Origin: an uncultured Planctomycetia bacterium
Lineage (GTDB): Bacteria; Omnitrophota; Gorgyraeia; Tantalellales; Tantalellaceae
Length of the DNA: 64,000 nucleotides
NCBI GenBank assembly: GCA_964431495.1
Contig: CAYSJU010000001.1
Coordinates: 31,574-95,573 of the forward strand
Direction: 5' to 3'
In this document: piece by piece, positions 55,439-63,458 of the stretch
Numbering within the stretch: position 1 is the first letter of the stretch
How the letters are laid out: each line of letters starts with the position of its first letter
Program-made: the position numbers and the translations under genes
The notes under the pieces: model-generated
The model's database searches: none
What the model was told of the DNA's origin: nothing
The model's input: only the letters and a program-made list of their open reading frames with translations

Positions 55439-55864
55439 ATGTCGATAAAAACCAAGATTGAGATCGCTAATAACAGCCGTCTCCTGAAAAAGGCAAGCAA
55501 GGAATTGCTAGATACCCTGAAGGCGCAGCACGTTGCCGAGGAGATCGTATTCGATATTCACGTGGGGTTTGAAGAAGCCCTGCGCAACGCTATGATACAT
55601 GGCAACAAGCTCCAGCCGGATAAAAAGGTGAAGGTGGAGATAGAAATAACCCGCGAAGAAGTGACCATAAGAGTGGAGGACGAGGGAGAAGGTTTTGATG
55701 TGTCAAGGCTCCCCGATCCCACGGTTGATGAGAACCTGCTGAGGGACAGCGGACGGGGGGTGTATCTTATCAGGTATCTTATGGATGAAGTCAGGTACGA
55801 GAAAGGCGGGAGAAGTGTCGTCATGAAGAAGCGTCTTAAAAAAAAACATATAGACGGAGGATAA
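55439..55864 (+). CDS. Anti-sigma-factor-type serine kinase (RsbW/SpoIIAB-like HATPase_c)
   Basis: N-box EALRNAMIHGN, G1 box VEDEGEGFD, G2 box GRGVYLI. Start lies 1 nt after the accA stop. Confidence 0.85.
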   Translation: MSIKTKIEIANNSRLLKKASKELLDTLKAQHVAEEIVFDIHVGFEEALRNAMIHGNKLQPDKKVKVEIEITREEVTIRVEDEGEGFDVSRLPDPTVDENLLRDSGRGVYLIRYLMDEVRYEKGGRSVVMKKRLKKKHIDGG

Positions 55865-55865
55865 T

Positions 55866-56198
55866 ATGCAGGTAAACATGGAGGAAAAGAACGGGATCGC
55901 GGTCGTTCACGTGAAGGGTGATATTGACATAAATACGTCCCCGGATATCAAGAAATCTTTCGATCAGATTATAAAGAACAAAAAAGATAAGGTGGTAATA
56001 AGTTTCAGGGACGTGGATTACGTGGATTCATCGGGACTGGCCACGCTAGTGGAGATACTGAAGAGGCTGCGTTCTTACGGCGGCAAGCTGAAACTGACGA
56101 ATTTTTCAGCCAAGGTCCTGGGACTTTTTGAGATAACAAAGCTGAACAAGCTGTTTGATATAGTGGACGATGAAGTTACCGCGATAGATTCATTTTGA
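55866..56198 (+). CDS. STAS-domain protein (anti-sigma-factor antagonist RsbV/SpoIIAA-like; an MlaB-like role is possible)
   Basis: DYVDSSGLATLV contains the conserved phosphorylatable Ser. Length 110 aa. Start lies 1 nt after the kinase stop. Confidence 0.85.
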   Translation: MQVNMEEKNGIAVVHVKGDIDINTSPDIKKSFDQIIKNKKDKVVISFRDVDYVDSSGLATLVEILKRLRSYGGKLKLTNFSAKVLGLFEITKLNKLFDIVDDEVTAIDSF

Positions 56199-56244
56199 AT
56201 TCCAGATTTTTGATTAACGGAGGCATGAGAGGGAGAAATACTTT

Positions 56245-57042
56245 ATGCGCAACCCAATAGCCGTTATCGGTAAGACAGCGCTGGATCTCTTCCAGCACAT
56301 TTTTGGCATGCTGTCTCTTCTCTGCAAGACGATATCCTGGATCATGATCGGGCCTTTTAAAGGAAAAGCCGCCAGCCGCCAGACTATTTTCCAGCAGATG
56401 GTCTTTGTCGGCGTGCAGTCCATTGTCATAGTATTCTTCATTTCTTTTTTCACAGGCATAGTTATCGCCATGCAGAGCGCTTATCAGCTTAAGCAGCTCG
56501 GTGCCGTTATTTTCGTGGCCCCGATGGTGAGCATAAGCATAGCAAGGGAGCTCGGACCGGTCTTCACGGCCCTGGTCGTCGCCGGCAGGGTGGGCTCGGC
56601 CATAGCGGCGGAGCTGGGCACCATGAAGGTGTCGGAACAGATAGAGGCGCTTGAGACCATTGCGCTTGATCCAGTAAGGTTTCTGGTGGTACCGCGTTTT
56701 CTCGCTCTTCTCATAATGGTCCCGTGCCTGACCATAATGGCCGATATCATGGGGATAGTGGGCGGGCTGATCGTGGGCGTTTTTGAGCTTAAGCTTAATT
56801 TTTACAGGTATTTGAGCTTTTCTTTTGATCTCATGAAATGGAAGGACGTGTGGACGGGCCTGGTCAAGAGCGTGGCGTTCGCCATTGCCATATCCATGAT
56901 CGCCTGTTATGTCGGCCTGGATACCCGCGGCGGAGCAGAGGGAGTAGGCCGGGCAACGACATTGAGTGTCGTGATCAGCTTCATAATGATAATTCTCATA
57001 GATTGTGTGTTAACGGGCGTATTTTTCTTTTCACAGATGTAG
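56245..57042 (+). CDS. mlaE: Mla-type ABC transporter permease
   Basis: ELGPVFTALVVAGRVGSAIAAELGTMKVSEQIEALE is the MlaE family signature. Multiple TM helices. Confidence 0.9.
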   Translation: MRNPIAVIGKTALDLFQHIFGMLSLLCKTISWIMIGPFKGKAASRQTIFQQMVFVGVQSIVIVFFISFFTGIVIAMQSAYQLKQLGAVIFVAPMVSISIARELGPVFTALVVAGRVGSAIAAELGTMKVSEQIEALETIALDPVRFLVVPRFLALLIMVPCLTIMADIMGIVGGLIVGVFELKLNFYRYLSFSFDLMKWKDVWTGLVKSVAFAIAISMIACYVGLDTRGGAEGVGRATTLSVVISFIMIILIDCVLTGVFFFSQM

Positions 57043-57122
57043 GGGTTCGATTTATCGAACCCCCATATTATTTTTGGGCTCGATAAATCGAGCCCCTACA
57101 AGGGTCGGATAAATCCGACCCT
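57042..57122. repeat. Three tandem stem-loops with TTTA/TAAA tetraloops and covarying stems, between mlaE and mlaF
   Basis: GGGGTTCGA-TTTA-TCGAACCCC (57042-57063), GGGCTCGA-TAAA-TCGAGCCC (57076-57095) and AGGGTCGGA-TAAA-TCCGACCCT (57101-57122). Confidence 0.8.
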
Positions 57123-57140
57123 ACAGGGATCAGGGGGAAG

Positions 57141-57956
57141 ATGGAAAAACAGAACATGGAAAAACGAGAAGCCGTCGTAGAAGTGAAGGATTTGGTCAAA
57201 AAGTTCGGGGACAGGACCGTTCTTAACGGTGTCAACCTGAAGATATACAAGGGCGAAACGTTTGTCATCATGGGAGGTTCCGGCTGCGGAAAAAGCACGC
57301 TTCTCCGCCACATAATCGGGAACTTCAAACCAACGTCCGGAAGGGTGTCTCTTTTGGGCACGGATATCACTGATCTCGAAGGTGCCCAGTTGGACGACAT
57401 ACGGAAAAAGATAGGGATGTCCTTCCAGTCCTCGGCTCTTTTTGATTCCATGACAGTTGGTGAGAACGTGAGCCTTCCTCTTCGTGAACACACCAAACTG
57501 GAGAAGAACGTTATTGACATCGTGGTGACAATGAAGCTTGAACTGGTTGGATTGAGGGGGTTCGATGACCTTATGCCGAGCGAGATATCCGGGGGCATGA
57601 AAAAAAGAGTGGGGCTTGCCAGGGCCATAGCCATGGATCCCCGGATCGTGTTTTATGACGAGCCTACCGCGGGACTTGACCCGATCATGGCGTCCGTTAT
57701 TGACAAGCTCATCGTCGACCTTTCCAAGAAACTTTCAATAACCAGTATCGTGGTCACCCACGACATGAAAAGCGTTATGGGCATAGCGGACAAGATCGCC
57801 ATGCTGCATGAAGGAAGAGTGCTTGAGACAGGGACCCCAGACCAGATAAAGAATTCAAAGAACCCGATAATACAACAGTTCATAAACGGCAGTTTCGACG
57901 GGCCGGTGAAATTTTTCCAGCAAAAAGACGATTATTTGGAACAGTTAACCCGATAA
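57141..57956 (+). CDS. mlaF: Mla-type ABC transporter ATP-binding protein
   Basis: Walker A GGSGCGKST, signature ISGGMKKRVGLARA, Walker B IVFYDEPTAGLDP. Confidence 0.9.
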   Translation: MEKQNMEKREAVVEVKDLVKKFGDRTVLNGVNLKIYKGETFVIMGGSGCGKSTLLRHIIGNFKPTSGRVSLLGTDITDLEGAQLDDIRKKIGMSFQSSALFDSMTVGENVSLPLREHTKLEKNVIDIVVTMKLELVGLRGFDDLMPSEISGGMKKRVGLARAIAMDPRIVFYDEPTAGLDPIMASVIDKLIVDLSKKLSITSIVVTHDMKSVMGIADKIAMLHEGRVLETGTPDQIKNSKNPIIQQFINGSFDGPVKFFQQKDDYLEQLTR

Positions 57957-57980
57957 TACAGGATAAAAAGGAGACGAAGC

Positions 57981-58574
57981 ATGAAGATTTCTAATGAGAT
58001 GAAAGCCGGGTTAGTCATTGTAGCAGCGATCGCGATCGCTATTTTGTTCTTTACGAGGACCGCTAATATCCAGGCCAGCCCGTATGACGTCAAAACGTAT
58101 TTCATGTATGCCGGCGATCTGAAAGAGGACGCGACCGTGAAACTTGCCGGCATAGAAGCGGGCCGCCTGAAGAAGATAGAATTCATTTATGGACCGGAGA
58201 CCAGGATAGAGTGTATTCTCGCGTTAAATTATGGAATAAAGGTGAGGAAAGATTCCATAGCTTACATAGCGACTTCCGGGATCGTCGGGGACTCGTATGT
58301 AGGGCTTACACCCGGGAAATCCGCTGATTTCCTGAAACCTGGAGCAACCGTCGCGAGCGAGGATCCTGTCCAGATGAGGGAGCTGATGAAGAAGGCGGAC
58401 GAGATATCCGAAAACCTGGATATTATCCTGCTGGAGGCCAAGTCTTTTGTCGTGGACAACCGTCAGGGGCTGGACGGCATAGTAGACAATCTTGAAGCCA
58501 CCACCCAGAACTTCAAGGAGTTCAGCGAGGACGTGAAAAAGCATCCATGGAAGCTCCTCTTTAAAGGCGAATAA
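57981..58574 (+). CDS. mlaD: MCE-domain protein (MlaD-like)
   Basis: N-terminal TM segment AGLVIVAAIAIAILFF. MCE domain with VKLAGIEAGRLKKIEF. Operon context with mlaE and mlaF. Confidence 0.8.
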   Translation: MKISNEMKAGLVIVAAIAIAILFFTRTANIQASPYDVKTYFMYAGDLKEDATVKLAGIEAGRLKKIEFIYGPETRIECILALNYGIKVRKDSIAYIATSGIVGDSYVGLTPGKSADFLKPGATVASEDPVQMRELMKKADEISENLDIILLEAKSFVVDNRQGLDGIVDNLEATTQNFKEFSEDVKKHPWKLLFKGE

Positions 58575-58603
58575 GTATAACTTTCCAGATCGGCCGTCCC
58601 TAA

Positions 58604-60517
58604 ATGAAGAGCAAAAAGACACGGATAGCGTTTTTATCGGCAGGGGTCCTGGCCGCCATACTGTTCCTTTTCTTATCATATGCCAGGGTCTTTGACGAGT
58701 TCGAGTACAGCACGCTTGACTTCCGTTTCAAGCTCAGGCCACAGCAGCCGGTTGATGAGGACATCGTCATCATCCACATAGGCGACGATACCATAGAGAA
58801 GCTGGGCGAATGGCCTCTTCCCAGAAAATACCACGGCCTTCTTATCAAAGCCCTGGAAGCAGCCGGTGTAAAAACTATCATCTTTGACGTTTTTTTCAGC
58901 GAAGAGACTGAAGACGACCAAGGGTTTGTGGATGCGGTGAAGGCGTCGGACAATGTTTATCTGGCATATGTCTTTGAGCTCAATCCTCCGGTCCGCGGTA
59001 AGAAATATATCACCGCCAGCAGGGTCATCGCGCCTCTCATCAACGTATTAAAGAGCGCCTGCAAGGGGAGGAGGGGGTTCGTCAATGTTGTCCCGGACAG
59101 GGACGGTAAAGTCCGCAGGATCCTGCCATTTGTCGAATATAAAGGGAAATTCCATCCGCAGATAACGATCCAGGCGGTATTGAATAACCTGGATTTTTTA
59201 TTCGATAAGGTCGAAATCATCCCGGCAAAAAAGATAGTCATGAATAAAGACCTCCGGATACCGCTGGAGGACTTTTCAAGCCTGCTTGTAAATTACCCAG
59301 GTCCATGGGGAAAAGCGTTCCGGCATTATTCTTACGTGGATGTGCTGCAGTCACATCTTTCCAGCCTTATGGGACAGGAACCCGTTATTGACCTTAATGA
59401 GTTGAAGGATACGGTGTGTTTTGTGGGGTTCACCGCTACCGCGTCCCCTGACGCCCATCCTTCCCCACTGGCGGTTCTGTACCCTGGAGTGGGAGTGCAT
59501 GCCAGCGTGTATAACAGCGTAGTACAGCAGAAGTTCCTGTGCAGGGTCAACCGCTGGTGGAACCTGCTGATCCTTGTTGTTCTCTGGCTGATCACGGGTT
59601 TTATAACGGCGAGAAGCCGTAAGCTGCTGGCATTTTTATCCATTGTTCTGATCTTTTTAGCGTATATAGCCATAGCGGTAGCTGTTTTTATCTTCTGTGG
59701 ATTATGGATAGATATTTTTTACCCGATGGTAACGGTGGTAGGTATCTATGGGATCTTCACGTGCAAAAAATATCTGGTAGAGACCGAGAAAAGGGAATTA
59801 ATAGAAAAAGAACTTGATATTGCCAAGAATATCCAGGAGAGTTTCCTGCCCAAAGAGATCCCACAGGTGGGCGGGCTTGACCTGAACGCGCGGATGTTGA
59901 CGGCGCGGCAGGTGGGAGGCGACCTGTACGATATTGTCCAGCTGGACGAAACAAGGATGGGTGTCATGCTCGGGGATGTGTCAGGCAAGGGAGTGCCCGC
60001 GGCCCTTTTTATGGCGCAGGTGGTCAGTGTTTTCACGTCTTTTGTGCAAGAGGCGAGCCCGGCAGATGTGCTCAGGAAAGTCAATGACAGGCTTGTGTCC
60101 GAGGGCAGTAGCAACCTGTTCGTGACCCTTACCTATATTGTATTGGATACCCGGAAGAACACTTGCAGTTTTGCGAGCGGCGGCCATCTTCCCACTCTTC
60201 TTATAGAACCGGACGGGAACGTGAAGCTCCTGGATGTGGAAGAGGGGATGCCGCTCGGGCTTATAGAGGGTGATTTCAGCGAAGGCGAACTGGAATATAA
60301 GCCCGGTAGCATTTTTGTCCTGTATACTGACGGGGTCACTGAAGCCATGAATATGAGGCACGAACTGTTCGAGGAAGAACGCCTGGTCGAACTGGCAAAG
60401 ACCCTGAAAGGACGTTCCGCAAAGGAAGTAGTGGATGCCATACATAAGAGTGTGGCGGACTACGCGGGCAAGGCCGAGCAGCATGACGATATCACTGTTC
60501 TCGCTGTTCGGACCTGA
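58604..60517 (+). CDS. CHASE2 sensor - TM - PP2C (SpoIIE/RsbU-type) serine phosphatase
   Basis: CHASE2-like region IIHIGDDTIEKLGEWPLPRKYHGLLIKALEAAGVKTIIFDVFFSE. Three TM helices at about aa 320-390. PP2C motifs GGDLYD, GDVSGKGVPAALFMA, LYTDGVTEA and DDITVLAV. Confidence 0.88.
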   Translation: MKSKKTRIAFLSAGVLAAILFLFLSYARVFDEFEYSTLDFRFKLRPQQPVDEDIVIIHIGDDTIEKLGEWPLPRKYHGLLIKALEAAGVKTIIFDVFFSEETEDDQGFVDAVKASDNVYLAYVFELNPPVRGKKYITASRVIAPLINVLKSACKGRRGFVNVVPDRDGKVRRILPFVEYKGKFHPQITIQAVLNNLDFLFDKVEIIPAKKIVMNKDLRIPLEDFSSLLVNYPGPWGKAFRHYSYVDVLQSHLSSLMGQEPVIDLNELKDTVCFVGFTATASPDAHPSPLAVLYPGVGVHASVYNSVVQQKFLCRVNRWWNLLILVVLWLITGFITARSRKLLAFLSIVLIFLAYIAIAVAVFIFCGLWIDIFYPMVTVVGIYGIFTCKKYLVETEKRELIEKELDIAKNIQESFLPKEIPQVGGLDLNARMLTARQVGGDLYDIVQLDETRMGVMLGDVSGKGVPAALFMAQVVSVFTSFVQEASPADVLRKVNDRLVSEGSSNLFVTLTYIVLDTRKNTCSFASGGHLPTLLIEPDGNVKLLDVEEGMPLGLIEGDFSEGELEYKPGSIFVLYTDGVTEAMNMRHELFEEERLVELAKTLKGRSAKEVVDAIHKSVADYAGKAEQHDDITVLAVRT

Positions 60518-60614
60518 AGATACCTCCTCTAAGCCATTATATTTCAATAACTTATAAAAAAAATATTATTTGGGGTAACTAATTAAAAACTTTAAAAAAA
60601 TATTTATTTTTTCC

Positions 60615-60642
60615 TTGACACCAACTATAATTGTGCTATAAT
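60615..60642 (+). promoter_or_regulatory. Near-consensus sigma70 promoter with extended -10 and an AT-rich UP-like tract
   Basis: TTGACA (60615-60620), 16-nt spacer, TGcTATAAT (TATAAT at 60637-60642), and A/T tracts at 60560-60612. Confidence 0.6.
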
Positions 60643-60689
60643 AAAATTTGTGATTTATGAGTGGAAGGTCATGAATCAGGAGACAGACA

Positions 60690-60827
60690 ATGAAGAAGAA
60701 AGAGATTCGGCTTAAAAGTCAGGATTTGCCGCTTCACATCGTCTATGCTTTATCGTGCGAAAGTAAAAAGTATGTTCTTAGAAAGACCAAACAGGGTAAA
60801 TTGCTTTTAAACAAAGCCGAAGAATAA
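60690..60827 (+). CDS. Candidate small ORF (45 aa, basic), unknown function
   Basis: GGAG 8 nt upstream of the ATG. MKKKEIRLKSQDLPLHIVYALSCESKKYVLRKTKQGKLLLNKAEE. Bracketed by a consensus promoter and a 21-bp terminator hairpin. It is below the ORF-track length cutoff. Confidence 0.45.
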   Translation: MKKKEIRLKSQDLPLHIVYALSCESKKYVLRKTKQGKLLLNKAEE

Positions 60828-60871
60828 GTCCTATCTGATAAGATGGAGAATCAAATATAGAAACAGTCCCC

Positions 60872-60950
60872 CATGTAAACAGAAAGGAGCCGGAATTGAA
60901 CGCTTGTTCGATTTGCGGCTCCTTTCTGTTTACATGTCCCTTTTTCTTTG
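60872..60950 (+). terminator. Rho-independent terminator-like structure (perfect 21-bp stem plus a T-rich tail)
   Basis: CATGTAAACAGAAAGGAGCCG (60872-60892) pairs with CGGCTCCTTTCTGTTTACATG (60916-60936). The loop contains GAAC-GCTT-GTTC. The stem is followed by TCCCTTTTTCTTTGTCTTT. Confidence 0.65.
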
Positions 60951-60953
60951 TCT

Positions 60954-60982
60954 TTGACCGGATTTCTCTTTTGTGTTATCAT
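60954..60982 (+). promoter_or_regulatory. Promoter candidate for gpmI
   Basis: TTGACC (60954-60959), 17-nt spacer, TGtTATCAT (TATCAT at 60977-60982). Confidence 0.4.
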
Positions 60983-61005
60983 GCCCTGACTTCAGGAGTA
61001 ATATC

Positions 61006-62634
61006 ATGGTTTCAAAACTCGAAAAGATTAAGAGATCCATACAGCGAAAAGGACCTTTACTTCTTATCATCATGGACGGTGTCGGCCTGGGGAAGCAGGA
61101 TGAAACGAACGGGGTGTATGTAGCGAAGACACCCTGTCTTGACCGTCTATTCAAGAGCGAGATGTTCACGAAACTCCAGGCCCACGGCACCGCGGTCGGG
61201 CTTCCTTCGGACGAGGACATGGGCAACAGCGAAGTAGGACATAACGCCCTTGGAGCCGGCCGTGTCTTTGTGCAGGGGGCGAAAAGGGTTAATAAGGCTA
61301 TTGAAGACCGGGTTATTTTTGAGACAAAGACATGGAAGGAACTTGTAAGCAGGGTAAAGGATACCGGCGGTACTTTTCATTTTATCGGCCTTTTATCCGA
61401 CGGCAACGTCCACTCGCATATTACGCAACTCTTCGCAATGGTCAACCGTCTTGCTGAAGAAGGGGTCGGTCGCGTCCGTATACACGCGCTCCTTGACGGC
61501 AGGGATGTCCACGAGAGATCCGCTTTGACATATATCGATAAGACGGAAGAGGTATTAAAAAAGATAAACTCCGAAAAGGGGTATGATTACAGGATAGCAT
61601 CCGGAGGCGGTCGCATGGTGACCACCATGGACCGCTATAACGCTGACTGGAGCGTGGTAAAACGCGGCTGGGACGCGCATGTCCTTGGAAAAGCGCGCGC
61701 GTTCACATCGGCAAAAGAGGCCGTGGAGACCTATTATAAAGAAGACCCGGCGATCGTCGATCAGTACCTGCCTTCTTTTGTGATAGTAGAGAATAATGAA
61801 CCGGTTGGCCGGATTGTTGACGGGGATTCGGTGGTCTTCTTCAATTTCAGGGGAGACAGGGCTATCGAGATCTCACGCGCCTTTGACGAAAAAGTTTTTT
61901 CGGAATTTAACCGCGAAGTCTACCCGGATGTTCTTTACGCTGGCATGATGGAGTACGACGGCGACCTTCATATCCCGTCCAATTATCTGGTCACGCCACC
62001 TGAAATAGACCGGACCGTCAGCGAATATCTCTGCGCGGCCGGCGTTACCATGTTCGCCATTTCCGAGACGCAGAAGTTCGGGCATGTCACGTATTTCTGG
62101 AACGGGAACAAGTCGGGCTACGTGTGCGAGGAAATCGAGGAATATTACGAGATACCTTCCGATAAGATACAGTTCGATAAAGCCCCGAAGATGAAGGCGG
62201 TGGAGATTGCTGATAGGACGGACGAACTCTTGAAAAGCGGCAAGTTCAGGTTCGGCCGTTTGAATTTCGCCAACGGCGATATGGTCGGACATACCGCGGT
62301 GCCGGAAGCCGTAATAACAGCCGTGGAAACGGTTGATTCCTGCGTCCAGCGTCTCCTGGATGTAGTCAAGGAGCTTGACGGTATTGCTATTGTCACGGCG
62401 GACCACGGAAATTCTGACGAGATATTCACGATAAAGGACGGCAAGAAGATCCCCAAGACGGCGCATAGCCTTAACCCGGTCCCGTTCGTGATAGTCGATC
62501 CGGATTACAAGGGGGAATACACGATGGCAAAACTCAAGAACCCCGGACTCTCCAATGTCGCCGCGACCATCCTGAACCTCCTCGGCTTTGAAAAACCTTC
62601 TGACTACGACCCGTCCCTCATCGAATTCGTTTGA
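61006..62634 (+). CDS. gpmI: 2,3-bisphosphoglycerate-independent phosphoglycerate mutase
   Basis: Motifs LLLIIMDGVGLG, MGNSEVGHNALGAGR and TADHGN. The ATG at 61006 is preceded by GGAG, whereas the ORF-track GTG at 60973 lies inside the predicted promoter. Confidence 0.92.
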   Translation: MVSKLEKIKRSIQRKGPLLLIIMDGVGLGKQDETNGVYVAKTPCLDRLFKSEMFTKLQAHGTAVGLPSDEDMGNSEVGHNALGAGRVFVQGAKRVNKAIEDRVIFETKTWKELVSRVKDTGGTFHFIGLLSDGNVHSHITQLFAMVNRLAEEGVGRVRIHALLDGRDVHERSALTYIDKTEEVLKKINSEKGYDYRIASGGGRMVTTMDRYNADWSVVKRGWDAHVLGKARAFTSAKEAVETYYKEDPAIVDQYLPSFVIVENNEPVGRIVDGDSVVFFNFRGDRAIEISRAFDEKVFSEFNREVYPDVLYAGMMEYDGDLHIPSNYLVTPPEIDRTVSEYLCAAGVTMFAISETQKFGHVTYFWNGNKSGYVCEEIEEYYEIPSDKIQFDKAPKMKAVEIADRTDELLKSGKFRFGRLNFANGDMVGHTAVPEAVITAVETVDSCVQRLLDVVKELDGIAIVTADHGNSDEIFTIKDGKKIPKTAHSLNPVPFVIVDPDYKGEYTMAKLKNPGLSNVAATILNLLGFEKPSDYDPSLIEFV

Positions 62635-63031
62635 TAAACTAACCGGCTTTCAGAAAACCAAAATTCAAATACGGGTTTCCTGAATCATCGGCTCTTTTAA
62701 AGGCGGCGGGTGTACTTTTCGGTGTAAACGTTCCGGTTCCCGCACAGAATGGATCTGAGGCATTTGTCGTTCAGAGCGATTTTTTAACGCCAAAAGGTCT
62801 TGACCATTTTGGCGGCTGCGGAACTCGTCCGCCTTCCCTCGACTTCGCTCGGGACCGGTCAGCGGACTCGGACAGTCCCCGCCATTTGCGCTGGTTTCCG
62901 ACGGAAGATGGCGGGGTTGACCGTTTTTTTCTGAGGAAGCTTTGTCGCTGGAGCAAAGCTTCCGTCCCTGGTAAGAACAATAGCTTAAAAGTTCTCCTTG
63001 AAAAATTGGGGAAACTCCACTCTCATTTCGC

Positions 63032-63060
63032 TTGACTATTGGGGGTTTGGATAATAAAAT
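63032..63060 (+). promoter_or_regulatory. Promoter candidate for the tRNA pair
   Basis: TTGACT (63032-63037), 17-nt spacer, TAAAAT (63055-63060), about 18 nt upstream of tRNA-Leu. Confidence 0.5.
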
Positions 63061-63078
63061 TGATTTTTACTGATCAAT

Positions 63079-63165
63079 GCCGGAGTGGTGAAATTGGCAG
63101 ACGCGTTGGACTCAAAATCCAATGGGGGCGACTCCGTGTGGGTTCGAGTCCCACCTCCGGCACCA
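63079..63165 (+). tRNA. tRNA-Leu (anticodon CAA), class II with long variable arm, encoded CCA
   Basis: Acceptor GCCGGAG/CTCCGGC. Anticodon arm TTGGA-CTCAAAA-TCCAA. Long variable arm. T arm GTGGG-TTCGAGT-CCCAC. 3' end ACCA. Confidence 0.93.
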
Positions 63166-63185
63166 AAATTTTTTATCATAGCCGT

Positions 63186-63261
63186 GGGGCTGTAGCTCAG
63201 CTGGAAGAGCGCGTGCATGGCATGCATGAGGTCAGGGGTTCGAGCCCCCTCAGCTCCACCA
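63186..63261 (+). tRNA. tRNA-Ala (anticodon GGC), encoded CCA
   Basis: Acceptor GGGGCTG/CAGCTCC with the G3:U70 Ala identity pair. Anticodon loop ATGGCAT. T arm AGGGG-TTCGAGC-CCCCT. Confidence 0.93.
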
Positions 63262-63317
63262 TTTCTCCGGGCGAAGATCTCTCTTTTTATATCCCGAAAA
63301 ATAATTCCATTTTTAAG

Positions 63318-63346
63318 TTGACAAACAGGTTATATAAAAATATACT
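63318..63346 (+). promoter_or_regulatory. Promoter candidate for speH
   Basis: TTGACA (63318-63323), 17-nt spacer, TATACT (63341-63346). Leaves a leader of about 105 nt. Confidence 0.45.
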
Positions 63347-63458
63347 TTGTTAAAACAAAAATGTTAACATAAGCTGTATAGATAGTTGCAAATAGATGGT
63401 GGGGAGTTTTTTTAAACTCTGTTTTTTTTAACTCTCTATTGCAGAGGTAGTTTTAAAA

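Noticed and set aside
60896-61123. 75-aa + strand ORF, and the GTG at 60973 as the gpmI start
   Set aside because: The ORF starts inside the loop of the 21-bp terminator hairpin, and from nt 61006 it overlaps gpmI out of frame. The gpmI ATG at 61006 has a proper GGAG, whereas the GTG at 60973 lies inside the predicted promoter.
62780-62965. RNase P RNA, SRP (4.5S) RNA, tmRNA or 6S RNA in the GC-rich spacer
   Set aside because: None of the signature motifs I know are present on either strand. These are GAGGAAAGUCC for RNase P, the GGAA-tetraloop helix 8 with AGCAGC for SRP, and the tRNA-like ends for tmRNA. It is kept only as an unexplained structured region.
63039-63353. 104-aa + strand ORF
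   Set aside because: It is fully occupied by tRNA-Leu and tRNA-Ala, which fold into canonical cloverleaves. It is not coding.
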